Positions 1-9,611 are shown, counted from the first letter of the stretch. The stretch: 57,885 nt of DNA from Candidatus Micrarchaeota archaeon (GCA_021812145.1 JAKAOM010000004.1:1-57885); one strand, 5' to 3'. Made by a program: numbers and translations. Notes: generated by a model not told the origin, from the sequence alone.

Positions 1-387
1 GATCTCCCCAACGAACAGGTCCGGTTGTTTTTGCCCGAAAAACCATTCAAGAGTGTGCTGTGGAAGGAAGTGGGCTGTAACTATTTTTGGAACGTCGTAT
101 TTTGCCGCATGCAATCCAAGCATGTATGGACTGTGCGCGTGTACAAGATCGCATTCTTTTTTAGAAGTTGGGAGAATAATGTCATAATCAGGCGTAGTTG
201 GGCTTTTGAAGTAAGGCAGTGAAACAGTGTTGAAGTTATGTGGTTTGTTCACTCTGCCTGAATATACGGTTAGTTGCATTTTCTTGTTTAGATACGGTGC
301 TATGTTGTCTATGTACTGCGCCACTCCGTTGTTTTGCTCTAGGGTGTCCGAAAACCACGCTATTCTTTTGAATTTAAGCTTGTTCAT
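1..387 (-). CDS. Glycosyltransferase family 4 (GT-B), N-terminal part; runs off the window edge
   Basis: Not in the ORF track. Manual translation from ATG 387 gives MNKLKFKRIAWFSDTLEQNNGVAQYI...CDLVHAHSPYMLG...KIVTAHFLP, with GT4 N-domain motifs. Open to position 1. Confidence 0.8.
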   Translation of the reverse strand, partial: MNKLKFKRIAWFSDTLEQNNGVAQYIDNIAPYLNKKMQLTVYSGRVNKPHNFNTVSLPYFKSPTTPDYDIILPTSKKECDLVHAHSPYMLGLHAAKYDVPKIVTAHFLPQHTLEWFFGQKQPDLFVGEI

Positions 388-442
388 GATGAAATCTTAT
401 TTGAATGGTTAATAAAAATCTTTCCCTTTTTTGCAAAAATGT

Positions 443-1024
443 TCATGTTATCATTTTAAGCAAATCGCTTGTTTTTCTAATTACCCCTATTCTGGGCAGG
501 ATGAATTTTTCTGTAGCTTCATGCTCCTCCTTTGATTGTGACGTCATGGCGTCTATTGCGAAGAATTGGTTATAGCCGTGCTGGTAAGCTTCACGTGCAG
601 TAGTTTCCACTCCGATGTTTGTTGAAATTCCGCAGAGCACTATAGTGCTTATCTTTCTTCTTCTCAATTGCAAATCCAGTTCGGTTCCGTGGAACGCACC
701 CCACTGCCTTTTTGTAATTATTATATCCTTGTCTGTTTTTTTTAACTCATCTACAAATTCAAACCAGTCCGAAGGCCTTGGATTTGAACCCCAAGGATTC
801 TTTTGTTCGGTCACTGGGTTGAGCATGTCCTTGCCGTCGATAGAGCCTACGTGGACAAGAACTACTGGCGCGCCAACCTCTCTGAATTTTTCAGCAAGTA
901 TTGCAGCGTTTTTTATCACTTCTTCAGCGCTATACGGCTCTGTTTTTCTATCCATTTTTGCAATTCCCTTTTGCAAGTCTATTACTACCAGCGCGCTTGA
1001 CTTTGAATCGATTTTAAGCTCCAT
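443..1024 (-). CDS. Isochorismatase/cysteine hydrolase family protein (YecD-like)
   Basis: VVIDLQ, TKRQWGAF and GISTNIGVETTAR motifs. ATG 1024 preferred over TTG 1030 because GGTGG lies 6 nt upstream. Confidence 0.9.
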   Translation of the reverse strand: MELKIDSKSSALVVIDLQKGIAKMDRKTEPYSAEEVIKNAAILAEKFREVGAPVVLVHVGSIDGKDMLNPVTEQKNPWGSNPRPSDWFEFVDELKKTDKDIIITKRQWGAFHGTELDLQLRRRKISTIVLCGISTNIGVETTAREAYQHGYNQFFAIDAMTSQSKEEHEATEKFILPRIGVIRKTSDLLKMIT

Positions 1025-1051
1025 TTTCAACCACCTTTTCTTTTTAATTGT

Positions 1052-2002
1052 TTAAACGTTTTGTATTAATTTTTTATGTTTAATGATTCTTTCCACTATC
1101 TTGTTTGCACTCAACCCGTATTTTTCAAGAAGTTCAGAAGCGCTTCCGCTTTGCCCGAATTTGTCTTCAACCCCTATTATTTCTAAGTGTATTCCCTCTC
1201 CTGAAATTGCTTCGGCTACAGCACTCCCCATGCCTCCAGCAGTCTGATGCTCTTCAACCGTGAAAATAGTGCCTGTTTTTTTTGCGGATTGCAATATTGT
1301 TTTACTATCTAATGGCTTTATTGTATGGTTGTTTATAACTTCCACTTCAATTCCCTTTTTCTCAAGTATTTCACTTGCTTTTAACGCTTGAAATACCATG
1401 TTTCCGCAGGCGATTAACGTCAAATCACTTCCTTTTTTAAGTATGTTTGCTTTTCCTATCCTAAATTCGCTTTCTTCCGTAACTTGTGGGAATTTTTCCC
1501 TTCCAAGGCGCAGGTAGGTTGGATTTTTTGTTTTTGAGGTTTCAATTGTCGCCTTTTCAGCTTCTGTTGCGTCTGCCGGAACTATCACATTCATTTTTGG
1601 AAGAACCCTTGTTATCGCTATGTCCTCCAACGCCTGGTGCGTTGCTCCATCTTCGCCGGTGGTTATGCCAGCGTGGGAGCTTGCTATCTTAACATTGGCG
1701 TTGTTGTAGCATATTGAAACTCTTATCTGACCCCAGTTTATTGATGGGCTGAAAGAAGCAAAAGAAGTTATAAAAGGAATTTTTCCCTCCAGTGCCAAAC
1801 CCGCTCCTACTGCAGCCAGGTTTTGTTCAGCCACGCCCACTTCAATATATCTTTCAGGAAATCTATTTTTGAATTCTTCCAACTTTAGCGATTCGCTCAG
1901 GTCAGCGCTCAACGCTAAAATGTTTTTGTTTTCTAAAGCAGCTTTGACTATTCCTATTCCGAATCCTTCCCTTGACGCCTTAAGCTTTTCATAGTTTATC
2001 AT
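1052..2002 (-). CDS. Transketolase, C-terminal subunit
   Basis: EVGVAEQN, GEDGATHQALED, YLRLGR, TIKPLD, EEH and DKFGQSG motifs. Confidence 0.95.
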   Translation of the reverse strand: MINYEKLKASREGFGIGIVKAALENKNILALSADLSESLKLEEFKNRFPERYIEVGVAEQNLAAVGAGLALEGKIPFITSFASFSPSINWGQIRVSICYNNANVKIASSHAGITTGEDGATHQALEDIAITRVLPKMNVIVPADATEAEKATIETSKTKNPTYLRLGREKFPQVTEESEFRIGKANILKKGSDLTLIACGNMVFQALKASEILEKKGIEVEVINNHTIKPLDSKTILQSAKKTGTIFTVEEHQTAGGMGSAVAEAISGEGIHLEIIGVEDKFGQSGSASELLEKYGLSANKIVERIIKHKKLIQNV

Positions 2003-2802
2003 TGTTTGTTCAACTCTTTTATTGCCTGATCTCTCTCGCTTTTATTTGGAGCTTTTCCATGCCATTCAAATTTGCCTTCCATGAAACTCACTCCTTTTCC
2101 AGGAATTGTATTTGCTATGATAAGGGTAGGTTTTCCTTTTTTCCTTGTTTTTATTTTTTTCATTTCATTGAAATCATGACCTTTTATTTCAATAACATTC
2201 CAATTAAACGCTTCGTATTTTTCTTTCAAATTTTCGAGAGGCATTATTTTTTCGGTTGGACCGCTCAACTGTATTTTGTTCCTGTCTATTATTGCCGTAA
2301 GATTATCCAGCTTGTTTTTTGCGGCGAACATTGCTGCTTCCCAAGTAACCCCTTCATCTTGCTCCCCGTCGCTCATCATGCAATATATATGGTGTTTTTC
2401 CCCATCCATTTTTGCTTTCAGCGCCATTCCGCAGCTGATTCCCAACCCAAGACCTAGCGGACCTGCACTTGTTTCAATTCCCGGCAGGGATCCTCTTTCA
2501 GGATGGCCTTGCAGCCCATTCATTTTTCTAAGCGTTTTAAGTCTGTCTTTTTTAAAGAAGCCCTTCTCCGCCAGAACAGCATACAATGCCGGGCATACAT
2601 GCCCGTTTGACAGTATGAATCTGTCCCTTCCATTCCATGATGGTTTTGAAGCATTTGTTTTCAACACGTTGTAGTAAAGATAGGTTAGCAGGTCTGCAAC
2701 ACCAAGCGACCCGCCAGGGTGGCCTGAACCAGCGGTATATATCATATCTATTGCTTCTATTCTTACTTTTCTAGCTTTTTCCTTCAAATAATCGTTTTTC
2801 AT
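1999..2802 (-). CDS. Transketolase, N-terminal (ThDP-binding) subunit
   Basis: SGHPGGSLG, DRFILSNGH, LQGHP, SDGEQDEG...DRN and WHGKAP; 4-nt overlaps with both neighbours. Confidence 0.95.
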   Translation of the reverse strand: MKNDYLKEKARKVRIEAIDMIYTAGSGHPGGSLGVADLLTYLYYNVLKTNASKPSWNGRDRFILSNGHVCPALYAVLAEKGFFKKDRLKTLRKMNGLQGHPERGSLPGIETSAGPLGLGLGISCGMALKAKMDGEKHHIYCMMSDGEQDEGVTWEAAMFAAKNKLDNLTAIIDRNKIQLSGPTEKIMPLENLKEKYEAFNWNVIEIKGHDFNEMKKIKTRKKGKPTLIIANTIPGKGVSFMEGKFEWHGKAPNKSERDQAIKELNKQ

Positions 2803-3413
2803 GATCCCACATTTTTTTCTATTTCTTCGAAATTCTGCAGGATGTTTCCCTCGAAAAGGGCCGTGCCAACCACGAGCGCGTCGGCTCCTGCCTCAACTAT
2901 TTTCTTTGCATTTTCCTTGTTTACCCCTCCGTCGACTGAAATTGTTTTTTCTGTTTCTCCCCTCAATTTTTTGATTTTTTCAATAGTCGAGTCAATGAAT
3001 TTTTGCCCCCCCTGTCCAGGGTGTACGCTCATAATTAGAAACTCGTCAAAGTCCTCTAGGTAGCGGTATGCTTTTTCTATACTAGTTTCCGGATTTATCG
3101 CAAGGCCTTTTTTCTGTTTTACTAATTTTACTTTTTCTTTAATTCCTTCAACTTCAAGATGAAATGTTATTTTTTTAGCTCTCCAATACTTATTGAAATA
3201 ATCTTCCGGTTTTTGAACCATAAGGTGAATGTTAAGATCTTTTTTAATCCATTCTATCCTTCTAGGGTGAAACTCGGTTAAGGTGTTATTTTTAACGAAA
3301 ACACCATCCATCACGTCAACATGTACCTCTTTTATTCTATTCCCTAGTAAGTCCAGGCTTTCTCTGAGTTTTTTAGGCTCTACTCCTAAAATAGATGGGC
3401 GTATTTCAACCAT
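2799..3413 (-). CDS. rpe: Ribulose-phosphate 3-epimerase
   Basis: PSIL, HVDVMDGVFV, HLMV, MSVHPGQGGQKF and VDGG motifs. Confidence 0.95.
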   Translation of the reverse strand: MVEIRPSILGVEPKKLRESLDLLGNRIKEVHVDVMDGVFVKNNTLTEFHPRRIEWIKKDLNIHLMVQKPEDYFNKYWRAKKITFHLEVEGIKEKVKLVKQKKGLAINPETSIEKAYRYLEDFDEFLIMSVHPGQGGQKFIDSTIEKIKKLRGETEKTISVDGGVNKENAKKIVEAGADALVVGTALFEGNILQNFEEIEKNVGS

Positions 3414-3559
3414 TAACTACCTTTTTACGGGAAACTTATTAAGCTTTATTTGCCTGCTTTTTGAATGATTAGAATTGTTGTTTTTAAACCGTTGTTTTTG
3501 TTTAAGAAAGTCTTTTTAATGTTTTCAGTTTAAAAATTTAAAACTTAAGGTGTTTTTGG

Positions 3560-4762
3560 ATGAATTATGATGTTATTATAGTAGGAGGGGGCCCTGCGGG
3601 AAGCACTCTGGCAGGAATGATTGGAGACAAAGCTAATGTTCTGCTTTTGGACAAGGCTAACTTTCCAAGAGACAAAACGTGCGGCGACGCGGTAGGAGGC
3701 AAAACTCTGGCCACTCTCAAAGAGTTGAATCTCTTGAAAAAGATGGAGAAGATAAAACACAAAAAAATAAGGGGAATAACCTTTTCAAGCCCGAATGGAG
3801 TGGTTTCAAGCATTAAGCTTAAGAAAAACCTTGTAGGGATAGACTACAGCTATGTTTGCAAGAGAGCTGTTTTTGACGATCTTTTGTTCAAGAACGCTTC
3901 AAAGAAATGCGAGGCTATTCAGGGTTTTACCGCCACCGATCTTGTTTGGGAGGATGGAAGTGTCGTTGGCGTTAAAGGAACATTGAAGGGGAAAGAAAAG
4001 ACTTTCAAGGGAAAAATAATCGTTGGAGCTGATGGAGCTCAAAGCATGGTAGCGCAAAAATTGAAAGTAAATACAAACCCCCCTGAACACGTGTGCATAG
4101 CGTTGAGGGCTTACTACAAGAATGTTAAAGGTTTGACTGACGATATTGAAATACACTTTGTGGATGAAGTAATTCCGGGATATTTCTGGATATTCCCAGA
4201 AGCTAATGGAGAAGCCAATGTTGGTATCGGAGTTGTTTTAAGCGAGGTTCAAAAAAGAAATGCTGATCTTAAGCAGGTAATGTTCAAGGTTCTGAAGGAA
4301 AACAAGCTTTTCAAGGACAGATTCAAAAACGCGGTTCTAGCTTCAGAAGTAAAAGGGTGGACTTTGCCTTTCGCATCCTACAGAAGAAAAATCGTTGGAG
4401 ACTCCTGGATCCTGCTTGGAGACGCGGCTTCTTTAGTAGATCCTTTTTCAGGAGAAGGCATGGGCAATGGGAGTTTCAGCGCCAGAGTTGCCGCACCCGT
4501 GATTTTAAAAGCTTTGAAGAAAAAGGATTTCAGCGTTTTGAAGGATTACGAGGAGAATCTTTGGAATGAACTCGGCCCTGAAGCGGACATGAGCTATAAA
4601 ATGCAGAAGCTTGGAAGATGGAGGTTCCTTTTGAATTTCGTTGTTGGCAAGATAAACAAGAACGAGTGGGTAAGGGATTCTATCTCAGGAATGCTTGCTG
4701 ATACCGAAGCAAAGAAGGATTTTGCATCCCCATTTTTCTATCTTAAACTCCTGTTTTCCTGA
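3560..4762 (+). CDS. Geranylgeranyl reductase family FAD-dependent oxidoreductase
   Basis: GGGPAG, FPRDKTCGD, GADG, PGYFWIFP and GDAA..VDPFSGEG motifs. Confidence 0.9.
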   Translation: MNYDVIIVGGGPAGSTLAGMIGDKANVLLLDKANFPRDKTCGDAVGGKTLATLKELNLLKKMEKIKHKKIRGITFSSPNGVVSSIKLKKNLVGIDYSYVCKRAVFDDLLFKNASKKCEAIQGFTATDLVWEDGSVVGVKGTLKGKEKTFKGKIIVGADGAQSMVAQKLKVNTNPPEHVCIALRAYYKNVKGLTDDIEIHFVDEVIPGYFWIFPEANGEANVGIGVVLSEVQKRNADLKQVMFKVLKENKLFKDRFKNAVLASEVKGWTLPFASYRRKIVGDSWILLGDAASLVDPFSGEGMGNGSFSARVAAPVILKALKKKDFSVLKDYEENLWNELGPEADMSYKMQKLGRWRFLLNFVVGKINKNEWVRDSISGMLADTEAKKDFASPFFYLKLLFS

Positions 4763-5721
4763 ATTTCTGCTTTTCTAAGCTCATTCAGGTTTGAACTTCT
4801 TGTAAGCATCATGGCTATCTTAAGTTCTTTCAGCCATTCATCAAGCTCTTTTTCTAGCCTGTCTTCAACAACCGCTTTTAGAAATGGCAGTGAAGCGCTT
4901 GCAAGGGTAGCTCCCAATCTTATCGTTTTAGCAACCTCTAACCCGTTTCTAATTCCCCCGGATGCGATTATAGGCGTTTTTAGATTTCTGCATTCTTTAA
5001 GACTTTGAAGAGTTGAAACACCCCAGTTTTTGAACACGTTTCTGGTTTCTCCATTTCTTTTTTTCTCTATTTCTCCCCAGTTGGTCCCTCCAAAACCAGC
5101 TAGGTCTATAGCTTTAACGCCTGCTTTTTGCAGTTCAAGCGCGGTTTTTCCGTTTATTCCGTTTCCAACCTCTTTTGCAAGAACTGGAATTGACAAATAA
5201 TCGCAAAGCTCTGCTATTTTTTCTCTCACCCCCTTCCATTTTTTGTTCCCGTCCTTTTGCATTAGCTCCTGAAGAGGGTTTAGGTGTATGAAAACCGCGT
5301 CAGCTTCAATTCTTTCAAGAGACCTTTCAATTTCTTCAAAGTCGAATTCAAGCAGAGCAGTTCCCCCAAGGTTTGCTATAAGGAAAACATCTGGATTTTT
5401 TCTTTTAACGTTGAAGCTCTCGAAAACCTCTGGTTTTTTAAGCGCTATTTTATGCGATCCGGTGCTGAACGGAATGTTTTTTTCTTCAGCCGCAGCAGCA
5501 AGTTTTTCATTTATCTTTCCTGTTCTTTCAGTCCCCCCTGTCATCGAGCCTATCATTACTGGCTGGGAGAAGATTCTTCCAAGAAATTTAACCTTGGTGC
5601 TTATTTCATTGAAGTTAAGCTCAGGAAGAGCATAGTGGGTGAATTTAACTTCATCCAACCCGTTTTTCAACTCCCATTCCTGCTCAAGGGATATTTTCAA
5701 TTGTTCTTCTTTAACGTTCAT
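4738..5721 (-). CDS. fni: Type 2 isopentenyl-diphosphate delta-isomerase (FMN-dependent)
   Basis: SMTGG, ANLG, HLNPLQE, KEVGNG, GGTNW and ASGGIRNG motifs. Confidence 0.95.
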   Translation of the reverse strand: MNVKEEQLKISLEQEWELKNGLDEVKFTHYALPELNFNEISTKVKFLGRIFSQPVMIGSMTGGTERTGKINEKLAAAAEEKNIPFSTGSHKIALKKPEVFESFNVKRKNPDVFLIANLGGTALLEFDFEEIERSLERIEADAVFIHLNPLQELMQKDGNKKWKGVREKIAELCDYLSIPVLAKEVGNGINGKTALELQKAGVKAIDLAGFGGTNWGEIEKKRNGETRNVFKNWGVSTLQSLKECRNLKTPIIASGGIRNGLEVAKTIRLGATLASASLPFLKAVVEDRLEKELDEWLKELKIAMMLTRSSNLNELRKAEIQENRSLR

Positions 5722-5724
5722 TTT

Positions 5725-6006
5725 TCACACCATAAATTGCTTTGGAACGCTTGTTTTCCTCCCAGGCTTCCAGTAAAAGTTTTGTATTGTGCTGAATGTT
5801 TTGTCGTCATATTCTTTTTCAATGCTTTCTGGTTCAGTTTTTCCTTCAATTATCTTGTTCATTAACGCTAACCTTTGCCTTGGTTGAAGCTTGTTTGCCT
5901 CTTCCACTATTTTTCCGTCAATTAACCCCTTAATTTTAAGGTTTTGAAGCTTTTCGTTTCCCTCTTCTATCTCCCTTCTTTTAGACTCGCTCAACTGCAC
6001 CAGCAT
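5725..6006 (-). CDS. Hypothetical protein (93 aa)
   Basis: ATG ORF with TTTAAA about 30 nt upstream; ends 3 nt before fni; no motif recognised. Confidence 0.65.
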   Translation of the reverse strand: MLVQLSESKRREIEEGNEKLQNLKIKGLIDGKIVEEANKLQPRQRLALMNKIIEGKTEPESIEKEYDDKTFSTIQNFYWKPGRKTSVPKQFMV

Positions 6007-6061
6007 GTTTTAATGTTAAAACACAATTGCTTTTAAATATTTTTAAGCATTTAATTACTCA

Positions 6062-6505
6062 ATGGATTTTTCAGAGGATTCCAAAATAAGCGACGTTATA
6101 GCAAGCCACCCTGAAACTTTAGGCGTTTTCTTGAAGTACGGTCTTGCGTGCGTAGGGTGTAGTTTAAGCCCTTTTGAAACCGTGCGACAAGGGGCTGAAG
6201 CCCACGGGTTTGACGAAAAGGCAGTTAAATCGCTTATTAAAGAATTAAAAGAGAGGGCTAAGCACTTGACTTTAACTGAAACTGCGGCTGAAAGGCTTAA
6301 AAAATTCAAGAAAGGTAAGAAACTGGTTTTAAAAAGAATAAACGAAAACGGAAAGTCCTATTTTGACCTGGAATTCGGAGATGGCGGCGATTTTAATGTC
6401 GAAGACAAAGGTTTTACCATATCTATAGAACCTTCAATAATAGGCGAAGTTAAGGGAATGATCATAGACTGGATTGAAGGCAAGGGTTTTGTCTTCAAAC
6501 ACTAA
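6062..6505 (+). CDS. DUF1858 domain fused to a degenerate HesB/IscA-like domain
   Basis: N-terminal HPET..VF.KYGLACVGC...ETV.QGA.AHG; C-terminal LTLTETAAERL...GMIIDW...GFVF. Confidence 0.75.
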   Translation: MDFSEDSKISDVIASHPETLGVFLKYGLACVGCSLSPFETVRQGAEAHGFDEKAVKSLIKELKERAKHLTLTETAAERLKKFKKGKKLVLKRINENGKSYFDLEFGDGGDFNVEDKGFTISIEPSIIGEVKGMIIDWIEGKGFVFKH

Positions 6506-6819
6506 TCCTCAAGTTTGAACGTTTTTATATAAAAGTAAAGCTTGTACGAAGCGTAGAAGAATACTACAAAGCCTATTTCAGCTATCAAGCCGAAAAAACC
6601 ATTAAGCGCGTAGCAATTGTTTGAAGTGCAGGTTGAAGTCAGTCCAATTATCAATATGTGCGTTGAAATGAATATTATTGAAATAAGGTAAAGTAAAAGC
6701 GTTTTATGCAATCCTCCTGCCCTGGTTTTTTTGACCGAGAAGCACAAGTATGCTGCCGCGAAAAACCCTATTATTGCAGTTGTAGTGTAGAAAAGCCCTT
6801 CTAAATTCACTCCATTCAT
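6502..6819 (-). CDS. Small membrane protein (about 3 TM helices), function unknown
   Basis: Three hydrophobic stretches; convergent 4-nt overlap with the neighbour. Confidence 0.7.
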   Translation of the reverse strand: MNGVNLEGLFYTTTAIIGFFAAAYLCFSVKKTRAGGLHKTLLLYLISIIFISTHILIIGLTSTCTSNNCYALNGFFGLIAEIGFVVFFYASYKLYFYIKTFKLED

Positions 6820-7026
6820 GTTTTAATATTGTATTTTTGGTATTTTTAAATTTTATCCTGTATTATTTATTTTAGCTTTTTTTTGGAATAAATCATTTCA
6901 TGCTTTTTTTAGGCTAAATTAGCTAGTATTTGCCTTTGCTTTTGAGGCCCAATCTTACAGTAAGGTTTTTAAATGTTTGAGAATAACTTCTAGATTAAAT
7001 TTTTAAATAAAAGGTGATTTTATAAA

Positions 7027-7449
7027 ATGAAGAAAGGGCAAAGCGCTTTAGAGTACCTAGTCACTTACGGCTGGGCGATTTTGGCAATAGTTATAGTTGC
7101 CGCAATTTTGTGGTATTTCGGGGTTTTCAACCCGTCAAGATTCACTTCCTCTCATCAGTGTGGTGGATTCTCTGACTTCCAATGCTTAGACTACAACGTT
7201 TCTGGATCAAGTGCAGGTATTGTTCTTGGAAACAAGCTTGGAACAACTCTTCAATCAATTAGTGCGTCAGTAGGAGCTGGATCTTGTACTCCTTCGCCGA
7301 CATCTGTTGGTCCAAACAATCAACTAACTTTAACTTGTACTGGTATAGGAAGTGCACAGGCTGGAAACACCTATAATGTGTCATTAACCTTTACTGATGC
7401 TCAGTCTGGTTTGACGCACTCTGACAGTGGATTTATAGGTTCAAGTTAA
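7027..7449 (+). CDS. Archaeal type IV pilin-like protein with class III signal peptide
   Basis: MKKG|QSALEYLVTYGWAILAIVIV (Q+1, E+5, hydrophobic helix); Ser/Gly/Thr-rich beta domain with 4 Cys; SD AGGTGA upstream. Confidence 0.9.
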   Translation: MKKGQSALEYLVTYGWAILAIVIVAAILWYFGVFNPSRFTSSHQCGGFSDFQCLDYNVSGSSAGIVLGNKLGTTLQSISASVGAGSCTPSPTSVGPNNQLTLTCTGIGSAQAGNTYNVSLTFTDAQSGLTHSDSGFIGSS

Positions 7450-7461
7450 ATCTTGAATCCT

Positions 7462-7497
7462 GAGGGTTTTAACAACCCTCTTTTTTTCTTTTTTTTT
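7462..7497 (+). terminator. Stem-loop plus T-tract terminator after the pilin gene
   Basis: GAGGGTT-ttaac-AACCCTC perfect 7-bp stem, followed by TTTTTTTCTTTTTTTTT. Confidence 0.7.
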
Positions 7498-7563
7498 AAT
7501 TTTTCTCTTTTTTTCTTCTTTTCTGGTTAGTATTTTAAATTTTGCCGTTTTAACTTTTTTTAA

Positions 7564-8460
7564 ATGGTTCTGGAGTTCAGGCAAGACGCCACTAAAAACC
7601 TAACTATAATCTCAGCCAGCAAACGCTCTCAACGACCATTGGTTTACTCTGAAAAAGTGTTCTGTCCTTTTGACAAAGGAAGCGAGAATTCAACCCCGCC
7701 TACAAGCTTTGCTTTGCCTGAAGGTGATTGGAAAGTTCGATGTTTTGAGAATTTATACCCTGTTCTGAAAAAGGAAGGTGTTTTTAGCAAAGGCACTGGC
7801 TTTTGGAAATCCCCTGCATTTGGAAGGCATGAAGTTATAGTTGAAACCGAGGAGCATGGAAAGCTTTTCCAGGACTTTACCGAAGAACAATTATATTTAG
7901 TTTTAAAAGCTTACTTAAATCGTTTCAAGTTTTTCAGCGAAAACAACGAGTACGCTTTCCTATTCAAGAATCATGGCAAGGGAAGCGGAGCCAGCATTGA
8001 CCACGAACACTCGCAGATCATAGGATTGCCGTTCGTTCCCGAAATGATAAAAAGAGAAAGCGAACTATTTGAAAAAGAATGCGTGCTTTGCGGTTTTGAA
8101 GAAAGCATGGTTCCAAGCGATTTTTTCAAGGTTTTCGCCCCTCCTTTCGCCAGATTTCCGCTTGAAGTCTGGGTTATTCCGAAGAGGCATGTTAAAACCT
8201 TTCTAGATCTGACTGAAGATGAGGGCAAGGAGTTGATGAGACTATTAAAGATTATAATAGCAAAGGAATACGAAAAATCTAAAGACTACACTATTGCGTT
8301 TCATTCTGGTTTCAAGGAAAAAGATTTCCATTTTCACGTAGAGTTTTACCCAAGACCTAACGTGTGGGGAGGCATAGAACTAGGCACGGGGGTAATAATA
8401 AACCCTAAAACAGAGGAGGATGTAAAGGATCTTTTCCAAAATCCTTCAACTCAAAAATAA
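7564..8460 (+). CDS. galT: Galactose-1-phosphate uridylyltransferase (GalT family)
   Basis: RSQRP, CPF, ENLYP, GRHEVIVE, FKNHG..SGASIDHEHSQ (HxHxQ) and FHFHVEF motifs. Confidence 0.85.
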   Translation: MVLEFRQDATKNLTIISASKRSQRPLVYSEKVFCPFDKGSENSTPPTSFALPEGDWKVRCFENLYPVLKKEGVFSKGTGFWKSPAFGRHEVIVETEEHGKLFQDFTEEQLYLVLKAYLNRFKFFSENNEYAFLFKNHGKGSGASIDHEHSQIIGLPFVPEMIKRESELFEKECVLCGFEESMVPSDFFKVFAPPFARFPLEVWVIPKRHVKTFLDLTEDEGKELMRLLKIIIAKEYEKSKDYTIAFHSGFKEKDFHFHVEFYPRPNVWGGIELGTGVIINPKTEEDVKDLFQNPSTQK

Positions 8461-8462
8461 AC

Positions 8463-9611
8463 TTATCCGAGCATGGGTGTTAGTGAGAAGAACAAAACTA
8501 TCAGCGTTATAAAAGCGATTATCTGAGGGTAAGGATAAAAGAAACTGTATTTTGTTTTTATTGTTTTTTTCTCTTTAAGATAGATTAAAGCCAAGTTAAG
8601 TAGCGCGTAAAAAAGAATTAAAGCCATTGAAGCAAGGTATATCACGGTGTTCACTTTTACTGCAAGGGTAAGCAGTGCTATTACAGTGCTTATTATAATT
8701 ATCGCGTTTGAAGGTACGCCTTCATTGTTTAACTTTAAAATGAACTTGTTTTTAGTCATTGAATAAAGTATTCTTGAAGCGCCGTTTATTAGCGTTAAAG
8801 CCACGCTTAAAGTGGCTAGCAGTGCTCCAGCTATTATAATCCATTGCACAACCTTGCTTGAAATGCCTGTTGCTAAAGGGGTTACGGTGGTTGAAAGTTG
8901 TTGTGGCGAGGCTATATTGAGCGCTGATATTGCGGTTAGAAGATAAATAACTATCACTATAACCACCCCGACTATAACTGCCTTAGGTATTGTTTTCTCA
9001 GGATTTTTAACCTCCTCTGAAAGTTCGGTTATTTTTCCAAATCCCGAGAATGCGAAGAACATTAAACCCGCCCCGGCAAGTATTCCTTCAGACCCTGTTT
9101 GAATTGCGGGTTGCGGTGTTTGTGTAGAAGTTAGTGCGAAGATGATAAAAACAACCAAAGCTATTATTTTAAGCAATGTTATCGCGTTATTCGCCAAAGC
9201 CGATTTTTTAACTCCTGACACACTTATCAAAGCTAGCATAATCAAGCCAATAATTGAAATGAAAGGTATTGTCAGTATCAAATTGAAATAAGCTGTGAAT
9301 CCAAGCATAACTGTTGACGCGGCTAGAACGTCTGCTATTATCCAACCCCCTCCTACGATCAACCCTAGTTTTTTTGATATTTTTTTTGAAAACGCGTATT
9401 CTCCCCCCTCCTCCGGTATTGCGCTTGAAAGCTCTGCGTATGTGAAGGCAGTTAGGATTGATGCTATCCCAGCTATCAGTATTGAAATTGGAATGTAGCT
9501 TCCTGCTTTTGACGCGGCTAAACCTATTATTACGAATATTCCCGCACCTATTATTCCCCCAAGCTCGAAAAGTATAGAATCAGTAAGGTTGAGGTTTCTT
9601 TTTAGTTTCAT
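8463..9611 (-). CDS. APC-family amino acid permease
   Basis: GIIGAGIF, YAELSSAIPEEGGEY and FFAFSGF...EEVKNPEKTIPKA; multiple TM helices. Confidence 0.92.
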   Translation of the reverse strand: MKLKRNLNLTDSILFELGGIIGAGIFVIIGLAASKAGSYIPISILIAGIASILTAFTYAELSSAIPEEGGEYAFSKKISKKLGLIVGGGWIIADVLAASTVMLGFTAYFNLILTIPFISIIGLIMLALISVSGVKKSALANNAITLLKIIALVVFIIFALTSTQTPQPAIQTGSEGILAGAGLMFFAFSGFGKITELSEEVKNPEKTIPKAVIVGVVIVIVIYLLTAISALNIASPQQLSTTVTPLATGISSKVVQWIIIAGALLATLSVALTLINGASRILYSMTKNKFILKLNNEGVPSNAIIIISTVIALLTLAVKVNTVIYLASMALILFYALLNLALIYLKEKKTIKTKYSFFYPYPQIIAFITLIVLFFSLTPMLG

